NCBI GenBank assembly: GCA_029260825.1
Contig: JAJDCM010000312.1
Location: forward strand, 5,215 to 69,214
Length of the DNA stretch: 64,000 nucleotides
Source of the DNA: Planctomycetota bacterium
GTDB taxonomy: Bacteria > Planctomycetota > JACOTG01 > JAJDCM01
Direction of reading: 5' to 3'
Position 1 is the stretch's first letter. Each line of letters begins with the position of its first letter. The position numbers and the translations under genes were made by a program. Shown one piece after another: positions 10,092 through 18,454 of this stretch. The notes below the pieces were generated by a model. That model was given only the letters and a program-made list of their open reading frames with translations. It was not told the DNA's origin and made no database searches.

Positions 10092-11723
10092 TCACGAGAT
10101 CTTGGGATTCGCAGGCAGATCCGAGCCCGATCCGGTCTGGGCTGGGGCCAGGGGAAAAGTCAGGGTAATCCGGGTTCCCTTCCCGACCTTTGAATCGATA
10201 TCGATGGATCCGCCGTGGTTTTCAACCACGATGTGATAAACGATCGAAAGGCCAAGCCCGGTGCCCTCTCCCCCCTCTTTTGTCGTGTAAAAGAGATCAA
10301 AGACCCGCTCGAGCTGGGTCTCAGACATGCCGCACCCGTTGTCCTGGATCGCCACGTGGGTCCCCCGCTCGTCTTGAGAAAGGGAGAGTTCTATCTTGCC
10401 GCCCTGTTCTTTCCCTTTCAGGGCGTCAACTCCCCCCTTCGGGGCGTCAACTCCCCCCTTCAGGGCGTCAACTCCGTTGATCAGGAGGTTCAAGACCGCT
10501 TGCTGGAGCTCTCCTGGGTCACCAAAGACGGGCTCAAGATTCTGGGCCTTCTGCGCCAGGACGAGCTCAATCCCCTCCCGGGTGAGCCGGTGTTGAACAA
10601 GAGCCACGGTCTGTTCCAGAACGGGATAGACATCAACCGTCTGAGCCCGGATTTCCCGGGGCGAAAAAGTGAGCACTCTTCGGACAATCTCCTGGATTCG
10701 GGTGAGACCGATCAGGATGAACTCGAGATATTGCTTCTTCTTTTCGGGTGGCTGCTCCCGATGAAGGAGGCTTCGAGTCATGTTCATCATGCCCGCCAGT
10801 GGATTGTTGATCTCATGGGCGATGCCCGCGGCAAGCTTTCCCGTTGCCGCCAGTCTCTGGGCGATGACGAGCCCTTCCTGGGTCTTCTTGACTTTCTCGG
10901 TCGCCTCCTCAATCCGCTCTTCCAGATGCAGGTGAAAATCTTTGACGTCCTTGGCCATTGTATTGAAGGAGAGGACGAGGCGTGCCATTTCCGGCCCCAA
11001 CTGTTCGGTGGGGATCTTCACATCAAAATCCCCATGGGCGATCCTTTCCGATGCAGATTGAAGGATGCCAACCGGACGCAGGACAAGCCTTGAGATCAAC
11101 ACGTACGTGACAAAAATCAGGAGCGCGGTTCCGAATCCGGAGATCACGACAATGGTCAATACCGAGGCAAGAAGAGGCGGATTGTCGAATCTCATCTCGG
11201 AGGGCTTGAAATACACGCCGCCCCATTTGATGACGCTTCCATCCAAAGCCGACCGATAGGTAAGCGGAATGGCAATCCACTCCCCGTCTTCATACTCCCG
11301 CTTCAACTCGTGGGCTTGTTCGATGGAGTTCCTCACCCTCTCTTCATCAAGAGGGAGGGGACGATGCTTCCCCCCGAGCGGGCTCACGAAGAAATCGTGA
11401 TCGACCTCGGTGCTGAGGATGACCGCATCGTCCACGTCCTCCCAGATCGGCCAGTCAAGAAGGGTTGAAACGAGCAGGTCCTCGTCGATCCGGCTGTTGA
11501 CCACGTCCCCGACGACCCGAGACATCCGGGTACGGCTGGCGGTAAAAAGATTCTCGCGAAGACTGCTTGCTACTTTTTCTCGATTTCGCGCGTCCAGGGT
11601 CACAAAGACGACCAGAACACCGACAATTCCCACGTTCGTGAGAACGATGCCGATCAGAATGCGGTAGCGGAGCGAAACCTGGCCCACTCCTCTCTGAATC
11701 GGTCGTTCCCCCTGTTTGTTCAC
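10092..11723 (-). CDS. Sensor histidine kinase (two TM segments, HAMP, HisKA, HATPase_c)
   Basis: H-box AAGIAHEINNPLAGM, N-box LLNLLINGVDAL, G-boxes DNGCGM and GTGLGLSIV. The GTG start forms a GTGA overlap with the pilC stop. Confidence 0.9.
   Translation of the reverse strand: MNKQGERPIQRGVGQVSLRYRILIGIVLTNVGIVGVLVVFVTLDARNREKVASSLRENLFTASRTRMSRVVGDVVNSRIDEDLLVSTLLDWPIWEDVDDAVILSTEVDHDFFVSPLGGKHRPLPLDEERVRNSIEQAHELKREYEDGEWIAIPLTYRSALDGSVIKWGGVYFKPSEMRFDNPPLLASVLTIVVISGFGTALLIFVTYVLISRLVLRPVGILQSASERIAHGDFDVKIPTEQLGPEMARLVLSFNTMAKDVKDFHLHLEERIEEATEKVKKTQEGLVIAQRLAATGKLAAGIAHEINNPLAGMMNMTRSLLHREQPPEKKKQYLEFILIGLTRIQEIVRRVLTFSPREIRAQTVDVYPVLEQTVALVQHRLTREGIELVLAQKAQNLEPVFGDPGELQQAVLNLLINGVDALKGGVDAPKGGVDALKGKEQGGKIELSLSQDERGTHVAIQDNGCGMSETQLERVFDLFYTTKEGGEGTGLGLSIVYHIVVENHGGSIDIDSKVGKGTRITLTFPLAPAQTGSGSDLPANPKIS
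10417..10475 (-). repeat. In-frame 21-bp tandem repeat (about 2.8 copies) inside the kinase ATP-binding domain
   Basis: ttcagggcgtcaactcccccc / ttcggggcgtcaactcccccc / ttcagggcgtcaactcc on the plus strand. It encodes GVDALKG-GVDAPKG-GVDALKG directly after the N-box. Confidence 0.9.
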
Positions 11724-12877
11724 GACGTTCCTAGCTTGTCCATGAGTTTGACCAGCGGAAGGAAGAGAGACAGGATAACCACGAATACCACACCACCGAT
11801 GACGATGATCAGCATCGGCTCAAGAAGGGAGCTCAGTGACTTCACCAGGATATCCACGTCATTTTCGTAGTTTTCAGCGATGCGCCCGAGCATCCGGTCG
11901 AGTTCACCTGTCTTTTCCCCGACATCGACCATGTTGACGAGCATGTCGTCAAATTGACCGCTTTCGCCAAGAGGCCGGGCCATCCCCTCTCCCTCCCGGA
12001 TACTGATGGCTACATCTTCCACCGCATCGGCAAGAACCAGGTTTCCAATGGAAGCTTTCACGATGGAAAGGGATTCAAGAATGGGCACGCCGCTTTCCAG
12101 GAGAGTGCTCAAAGTTCGGGTGAACCGGGCAACGCTGGTCTTCTTGGTGATGACACCCAGGACCGGCGCTTTGAGACGCAACCGATCAAAGAAATATGCC
12201 CCTCCCTCGGTCCTACCGATCAGCTTCAAGATCCCGTAGATCACTCCGGGAATGAAGATCAAGACGTACCAGTAGGCCTTGGCAAATTCGCCCACATCGA
12301 GAACGATCTGGGTCAGCGGGGGAAGATCTTCGCCCATTCCGGCAAAGAACTCCTTGAACTTGGGAACGACCATGGTCATGACGAGAAACAACACCCCCAT
12401 CGCCACGAACAAGACAAAAGCAGGATAAATCGAAGCGGACTTCAACTGCTTCTGAAGCTTGAGGTCCTTCTCTTTGAAACCGGAGAGGCGGTCGAGAATG
12501 ACATCCAAAACACCGCCTGCCTCGCCAGCTTTGACCATGCTGACATAGAGGTTGTCGAAGATTGAAGAATGCTTGCGCATCGCCTCGGAAAGAGAGCTTC
12601 CCCCCTCGACATCTTCATAGACCCGGGCCACCGTCGTCTTCAAATGTCCCGGCCGCATCTGCCCGGAGAGAATCCGCAAGCTTCGCACCACCGGAAGTCC
12701 GGCATTCTGAAGCGTTGCAAACTGAGAAGTGAACTGGGTGAGGGCGGCAATGCTTACATGGCGACTGGCAAAGAGGGGCTTCTTCTCCCCGGTGTCTCGG
12801 TCGCGAGGATCATGTTGCGGGCGGGAAGCTGCTTTGCGTCCACCTTTTCGGCCCAGACTCTTGGAATCAACTGGCAA
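11720..12877 (-). CDS. pilC: Type II secretion system F family / type IV pilus platform protein
   Basis: Duplicated GspF domain architecture with three hydrophobic segments. Motifs: LSEAMRKHSSIFDNLYVSMVKAGEAGG and LADAVEDVAISIREGEGMARPL...FDDMLVNMVDVGEKTGELD. Confidence 0.9.
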   Translation of the reverse strand: MPVDSKSLGRKGGRKAASRPQHDPRDRDTGEKKPLFASRHVSIAALTQFTSQFATLQNAGLPVVRSLRILSGQMRPGHLKTTVARVYEDVEGGSSLSEAMRKHSSIFDNLYVSMVKAGEAGGVLDVILDRLSGFKEKDLKLQKQLKSASIYPAFVLFVAMGVLFLVMTMVVPKFKEFFAGMGEDLPPLTQIVLDVGEFAKAYWYVLIFIPGVIYGILKLIGRTEGGAYFFDRLRLKAPVLGVITKKTSVARFTRTLSTLLESGVPILESLSIVKASIGNLVLADAVEDVAISIREGEGMARPLGESGQFDDMLVNMVDVGEKTGELDRMLGRIAENYENDVDILVKSLSSLLEPMLIIVIGGVVFVVILSLFLPLVKLMDKLGTS

Positions 12878-12910
12878 AGCTAAAACTCCTCTTTCTCATC
12901 TCTTCCGCAA

Positions 12911-14614
12911 TTACCGGATAAGCATCGTCTCGCGGAGAACTTCTTCGACTGAAGTCTTCCCGTCAAAAATGGCAAGAAGGCCACTTTCCCGCAGGGTGCG
13001 CATTCCCTCCTGGCGCCCCGCCTCCCGCAGATCATCCATCGACTTTCCTTCAATGATCATATTCCGGATTCTCTCCGAAATCAGCATGATCTCGAAAACA
13101 GCCATCCTTCCCCGATATCCGGAGAAGTGACATTCTTCGCAACCTTTGCCGTGGGCAAATTTGACGCCTTGTACGTCAGTAGCTTCCAGCTCAAGCTCTT
13201 TGAGGACCGCTTCGGTGGGTTCGTAGTCCACCCGACATTCGTTGCAGATCTTTCGCACCAGACGCTGGGCCACGATGGCCTCCAGGGTCGCCGAGAGAAG
13301 AAACGGTTCGCAACCGATGTCGATCATCCGGGTCACCGCGGACGGCGCGTCGTTCGTATGCAAGGTCGAAAACACAACGTGACCGGTGAGGGAAGCTTCC
13401 ACGGCTATTTGCGCCGTCTCATGGTCTCGAATTTCTCCCACCAGAATCATGTCTGGATCCTGGCGCAAGATCGACCGAAGACACGAAGCGTAGGTCACCC
13501 CGATCTCATCATTGATTTGGACCTGGATGATCCCCTCAAGATCGTACTCGACCGGATCCTCGGTGGTGATGATCTTCCTTCCCACATCGTTGGCCTCGTT
13601 CAAGGCCGAATAGAGCGTGGTGGTTTTGCCGGATCCGGTCGGACCCGTAACCAGGACAATTCCGTGGGGTTTCTTCAGCATTTCCCGAAGAGATGCCAGC
13701 TCGTTTTCTCTCATCCCCAGCTGCACGAGGTCGAGAGAAACCACGGATCGATCCAGAACTCTCATCACGCAACTCTCACCGAACATCGTGGGAAGAGTGG
13801 AGACACGAATGTCCACCGGGCGCCCGGCGACGGAAAGCTCGATGCGCCCATCCTGCGGAATTCGGGTTTCCGCAATATCCAGATGGGACATGACCTTGAC
13901 CCGGGAGATCAGAGCTTCCGCAAGATGACGCGGTGGAGACTCAAGCTCAAAGAGAGCTCCGTCGACTCGATACCGGATCTTGAAATCTCGCTCAAACGGT
14001 TCGAGATGAATGTCACTTGCCTTGTCCCGAATTGCCTGAAGCAAGATGTAGTTCAGAAGTTTGACCACCGGGGCCGACTGGGCAAGCGCTTCCGGGTCGG
14101 AAAGATCGACAGCCCCACCATCACCAAGTGACGTACTCCGGAGCTCCTTCTCTGCCTCGGCAAACATATCCTTCGCCGAGGTCTTTTCTTCCACTCCGTA
14201 GACCCGGTCGATCGCGGCTTTGACCGCTTCTTCCGAGGCGATGGCTCCCTTGATCTCCCGGTTCAATGTGAAGGTAAGGTCCTCGAGAACAGCCGCATTC
14301 ATCGGGTCGCTCATGGCAACGATCAACGATTCGCCATCGAGGCGAACCGGACAGATGCGAAAAAGACGAACCGTGGCCGCGTCGACGAGATCGACCGCAC
14401 CTTGCTCGATTTCGATGGTGTCAAGATCGATCGACTCCATGCCGGCTTGACGGCCAAGAGCCTCGGTGAGCTGCTCGTCGGTGATGTGCCCCAGCGCAAC
14501 CAGAGTCTTCCCGATGGCGGTCCCTGTGCTTCGCTGGTGGCTGACTGCCTCCTGCACATGGCCTTCGTGAATGACCTTCATTTCCTTCAGTATTTGACCG
14601 AGTAACTTTCTCAC
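12911..14614 (-). CDS. pilB: GspE/PilB-family secretion ATPase (paralog 1)
   Basis: N-terminal MshEN-like domain, Walker A GPTGSGKTT, Asp/His boxes, and a C-terminal tetracysteine (CNECR...CEECHFSGYRGR). The likely GTG start at 14614 (VRKLLGQILKE) parallels paralog 2's MARKLIGQILKE. The ORF is open to 14644. Confidence 0.9.
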   Translation of the reverse strand: MRKLLGQILKEMKVIHEGHVQEAVSHQRSTGTAIGKTLVALGHITDEQLTEALGRQAGMESIDLDTIEIEQGAVDLVDAATVRLFRICPVRLDGESLIVAMSDPMNAAVLEDLTFTLNREIKGAIASEEAVKAAIDRVYGVEEKTSAKDMFAEAEKELRSTSLGDGGAVDLSDPEALAQSAPVVKLLNYILLQAIRDKASDIHLEPFERDFKIRYRVDGALFELESPPRHLAEALISRVKVMSHLDIAETRIPQDGRIELSVAGRPVDIRVSTLPTMFGESCVMRVLDRSVVSLDLVQLGMRENELASLREMLKKPHGIVLVTGPTGSGKTTTLYSALNEANDVGRKIITTEDPVEYDLEGIIQVQINDEIGVTYASCLRSILRQDPDMILVGEIRDHETAQIAVEASLTGHVVFSTLHTNDAPSAVTRMIDIGCEPFLLSATLEAIVAQRLVRKICNECRVDYEPTEAVLKELELEATDVQGVKFAHGKGCEECHFSGYRGRMAVFEIMLISERIRNMIIEGKSMDDLREAGRQEGMRTLRESGLLAIFDGKTSVEEVLRETMLIR

Positions 14615-14615
14615 T

Positions 14616-15701
14616 TCACCAGGCCTTCCCCTCCGCATCGCCAAGATCCGAGAGACGCTCCTCGAGTTCCTTGGGATTCTGAGCGTGATTCATCATCTCC
14701 TGAACCGATATCCGACCGGCCTGAAAATGATCGTAGAGTTGATCGTCCAGGAGGACCATTCCGAGCTTCTTGGAGACCTGAATGGCCGAATGGATCTTGA
14801 ACGTCTCGTTCTTTCTGACGTGATTCTCGATGGCCGGAGTCATGAACATGATCTCGAAGGCGGCCACCCGCCCTTCCTTGTCCTGGCGAGGCAAAAGGAC
14901 CTGGGAGACGACCGCGATCACGGAAACCGCAAGCTGGGCTCGAATCTGCGCCTGCTGGTCGGCGGGGAAGGCGTCGATGATTCGGTCCATGGTGCGTGTC
15001 GCCCCGGTGGTGTGCAGGGTCCCGAACACCAGGTGTCCGGTTTCCGCCGCGGTCACCGCAGCCTGAATGGTTTCAAGGTCGCGCATTTCTCCCAGCAGGA
15101 TCACATCAGGATCCTGGCGAAGAGCACGGCGAAGAGCTTCTTCAAATGTCGGAACATCGTCCCCGACCTCTCGCTGGGTAATCACCGATTTCTTGTGGGA
15201 ATGGTAGTACTCGACCGGGTCCTCGGCGGTGATGATGTGACGATCAAAGTTCTCGTTGATGTAGTCGATCATGGTGGCGAGGGTGGTGGTTTTTCCCGAA
15301 CCAGTAGGTCCGGTTACAAGAATCAGGCCCCGGGTCAATTCAAGAAGGGCCCTCACCTGAGCTGGGAGTCCAATCTGGTCAAATGTCATGAGTTCGGAAG
15401 GGACGATACGCAAGGCCATCTGGGCCATGCCACGCTGACGAAACGCGCTCACTCGAAAACGGTTTCCATCCTTGAACGCGAACGCGTAGTCCGTGGAGCC
15501 GACCTCTTCGTACTCCCGCATGCATTTTTCAGGAGTGATGGCCTTCAAGAGTTCAAGAGCGCTATCAGGATCAAGAGGTGGAATCGCCATGTCCACGAGC
15601 TTTCCATGCAGTCTCATGACGGGAGGCCTCCCCACGGTCAAGTGAAGATCCGATCCCCCGTGGTTGATCAGCGTCTGCAACATTCCATCAATTTCCATCA
15701 A
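14616..15701 (-). CDS. pilT: Twitching-motility / pilus retraction ATPase
   Basis: GGSDLHLTVGRPPVMRLHGKL, Walker A GPTGSGKTTTLA, HIITAEDPVEY, ILLGEMRDLETI and GHLVFGTLHT. About 360 aa with no N-terminal GspE domain. Confidence 0.9.
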   Translation of the reverse strand: MMEIDGMLQTLINHGGSDLHLTVGRPPVMRLHGKLVDMAIPPLDPDSALELLKAITPEKCMREYEEVGSTDYAFAFKDGNRFRVSAFRQRGMAQMALRIVPSELMTFDQIGLPAQVRALLELTRGLILVTGPTGSGKTTTLATMIDYINENFDRHIITAEDPVEYYHSHKKSVITQREVGDDVPTFEEALRRALRQDPDVILLGEMRDLETIQAAVTAAETGHLVFGTLHTTGATRTMDRIIDAFPADQQAQIRAQLAVSVIAVVSQVLLPRQDKEGRVAAFEIMFMTPAIENHVRKNETFKIHSAIQVSKKLGMVLLDDQLYDHFQAGRISVQEMMNHAQNPKELEERLSDLGDAEGKAW

Positions 15702-15737
15702 CTTCAGCTCCCTCCTCGTCGTCGTATCCCTTGGCCC

Positions 15738-17420
15738 TTATTCGCCCCGCACTCCACTCTGAGAAATACGGTAAACTTCATCCACGCTTGTCAGACCAGT
15801 AAGGACCTTTCGCACAGCATCCTCCTTCAGGGTCTTCATCCCGCCGGAAAGACAGGCCTGCTCGCGAAGCTTCACGGTGGAGGCCTTCTTGAAGACCAGA
15901 TCGCGAATCAACGCGTCCACTTCCATCAGCTCAAAGACCCCGATCCGTCCCTTGTAGCCGGAGAACCCGCATTGATCACAGCCCTCCGGCTGATAGATCG
16001 TGACCCCTTGCACCTGGCTCCGCTGAAGCCCCAGGCCCTGGAGAGTGATGTCCGTGATCTCCATGGGTATCTTGCAGCGCCCACATAGCTTCCGGATGAG
16101 TCGCTGGGCCAGGATTGCCTGGATCGACGACGCCACCAGAAACGGTTTCACCCCCATGTCAATCAAGCGGGTCAAAGCGGACGGAGCGTCATTCGTGTGC
16201 AAAGTTGAAAACACAAGGTGACCGGTGAGAGCGGCTTGAATGGCGATGTTGGCCGTCTCCGGATCCCGGATTTCACCCACAAGAATGATGTTGGGCGCCT
16301 GGCGCAGCATGGAGCGGAGGATGCGAGCAAAGTCGAGACCGATCTTGTGTCGGACCTCACATTGATTCACCCCTGCCAGGTGATACTCCACCGGATTCTC
16401 GGCGGTGATGATCTTCAGGTCAGGACGGTTGAGCTCCTGGAGAGCTGCATAGAGCGAGGTTGTTTTTCCACTACCTGTGGGTCCGGTCACCAGCAGAATG
16501 CCATTCGGACGCTTGATGATGTTCTGAAATCGCTCGTGGTCCTCTCCGGCAAAGCCCAGATCGGGAAGAGCAACCAGACCCGACTCTTTGTCGAGAATAC
16601 GCATGACGATGCTCTCGCCATGGGTCGCCGGGAGGGCAGAAACACGAACATCGATCTCACGGCCCTGAACCGTGGCACTGATGCGACCATCCTGGGGTTT
16701 TCTACGCTCGGCGATGTCCATTCCCGCCATGATCTTGATTCTGGAGAGGAATGACCCCTGAAGATGTTTGGGGTGAGAGATCTCTTCCCGACAAACTCCG
16801 TCGACCCGGAACCGGACCCGCACGCGATTGGCAAAGGGTTCGATGTGGATATCGCTCGCCCTCGCTGCAAGAGCGTCTTCCAGGGTCTTGTGAACGAGGC
16901 GAATGATGGGAGCGTCTTCATCTTCTTCATCATCGACTTCGGCACCCTGGCCTCCCGGCTCCCCTTTTTTGGGTTCGTCGGCAACCTCAAGATCAATGTC
17001 GTAGTAACGCTGGAGGGCGGCCCGGAACGAGTCGGGGGTACTGAGCGCTCCCTTCAGCTCATAGGGCAGAAGAAACCTCAAGTTGTCCAGGTTGAAGAGA
17101 TGGAGAGGGTCGCCAAAGGCAAGCACGAGAGTTTTGCCTGCTACCTTGACCGGCAATGCCTGATGTTCTCGAACCACATCGGCACTGAGGGTTCGGATCG
17201 CATCGGCGGCAATCACACCTTTTTGCAAGTTGACGAACGGAACGCCGGCTTGTTTGGCAAGAGCGCGCCCGAGGGTCTCATCATCGATCAACCCCAGAGC
17301 CGTCGCACATTCACCAAATTTTCCGGCGTGCTGGTACTGGCGTTTCAGAACCTGGTCAACCTGCTCGTCAGTGAGATCACCCCGCTCTTTCAGGATCTGT
17401 CCGATGAGCTTACGAGCCAC
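15738..17420 (-). CDS. pilB: GspE/PilB-family secretion ATPase (paralog 2)
   Basis: MshEN-like N-terminus, Walker A GPTGSGKTTS, and a tetracysteine (CGRCK...CDQCGFSGYKGR). Full-length similarity to 12911..14614. Confidence 0.9.
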   Translation of the reverse strand: MARKLIGQILKERGDLTDEQVDQVLKRQYQHAGKFGECATALGLIDDETLGRALAKQAGVPFVNLQKGVIAADAIRTLSADVVREHQALPVKVAGKTLVLAFGDPLHLFNLDNLRFLLPYELKGALSTPDSFRAALQRYYDIDLEVADEPKKGEPGGQGAEVDDEEDEDAPIIRLVHKTLEDALAARASDIHIEPFANRVRVRFRVDGVCREEISHPKHLQGSFLSRIKIMAGMDIAERRKPQDGRISATVQGREIDVRVSALPATHGESIVMRILDKESGLVALPDLGFAGEDHERFQNIIKRPNGILLVTGPTGSGKTTSLYAALQELNRPDLKIITAENPVEYHLAGVNQCEVRHKIGLDFARILRSMLRQAPNIILVGEIRDPETANIAIQAALTGHLVFSTLHTNDAPSALTRLIDMGVKPFLVASSIQAILAQRLIRKLCGRCKIPMEITDITLQGLGLQRSQVQGVTIYQPEGCDQCGFSGYKGRIGVFELMEVDALIRDLVFKKASTVKLREQACLSGGMKTLKEDAVRKVLTGLTSVDEVYRISQSGVRGE

Positions 17421-17682
17421 GGGGATTCCCTTCCTTCGGTTTTCTTCTCAACCCGAGTCATGAGGAGGGAACCTTCTGACTCCCACTCCACACCATTCAA
17501 TAGAATAGAAAATCCGCAGACCGCTGGGAAATGCAAAAAGAACCGAGCGTATTTATCACAGGGGCAATCTTCTTTGCGGCGGGCCTGCGCTGACCAGAAA
17601 AGGAGCGCCACCCGGAGGACTGGACAATTCAGCAATGCATGTGTTTACCTGATGCCGGTGAGAGACCTTTACCCCGAGGTCC

Positions 17683-18372
17683 ATGAGGAACACGAAGGAA
17701 AAAGGAGGCGGTAACTTGGGACAACGCCCAAAAGACACGAACAAAGACCTATCACCCAAAGCACACATACCCCATTTTCTCCTGGCCCCCCTACTATTTA
17801 TTCTCCTTTCCGGCTGCGCATCCCTTTTCTACACCCCACCTGAACCCGTCGAAGATTTCAGTCTGGCAACCCCGGAAGAGGCCTACGAATCCTTCAAAAA
17901 AGCGGTGTCCGCCGAGAACGATGTCTTGATCTGGCGCACCATCTCGGACAAACGACGCCAGGAGGATGGGATCACCTGGAGCGACTACTGGACGTTCAAG
18001 GATCTGGTGAAGGTCAAGTTTGGAGACGCGTTTGATCTCCTCGCGGAATCGGAGCTAAAAGAGGTGATTCAGAGGGGAAACCAGGCTCAGCTTCACCTGG
18101 TTGCGGAGAAGAATGAAGCTTATGTGGTTCTCGTCCGGGAATCGTACTACGAGTTCATCATCGACCGTCCGGGGTATCCGATTCGCCGGCATTACGACTT
18201 CCTCGATCATGGCGCCCCCCCCTTCATCGCCAGATCTCAGGACGGGATTCAGGTCAACCTTCCCCTCTCACCCGACGAGCCTCTTCCCGAGGGTGACGTG
18301 GTGGATTTTCGCATTCTGGACGAATGGCGCTTCTACAGCGTTACCGAGCCCAGCCCGATTCCTGATCCGTAG
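17683..18372 (+). CDS. Hypothetical lipoprotein
   Basis: Basic N-terminus, hydrophobic stretch and lipobox (LLFILLSGC). No recognisable domain. Confidence 0.55.
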   Translation: MRNTKEKGGGNLGQRPKDTNKDLSPKAHIPHFLLAPLLFILLSGCASLFYTPPEPVEDFSLATPEEAYESFKKAVSAENDVLIWRTISDKRRQEDGITWSDYWTFKDLVKVKFGDAFDLLAESELKEVIQRGNQAQLHLVAEKNEAYVVLVRESYYEFIIDRPGYPIRRHYDFLDHGAPPFIARSQDGIQVNLPLSPDEPLPEGDVVDFRILDEWRFYSVTEPSPIPDP

Positions 18373-18454
18373 GCCTAGAAGCGGTCTGTAGCGGTGTTAG
18401 ACTCCTCCAGTTTCCCCCTTTTATTTGGATGATTCTTGGAGGTTTTCGATCATC

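Noticed and set aside
10417-10475. CRISPR-like array (also considered for the 22904..23068 palindromes)
   Set aside because: The 21-bp units are contiguous with no spacers and lie in frame inside a kinase gene. The palindromes occur only twice, have unequal spacing, and have no cas genes nearby.
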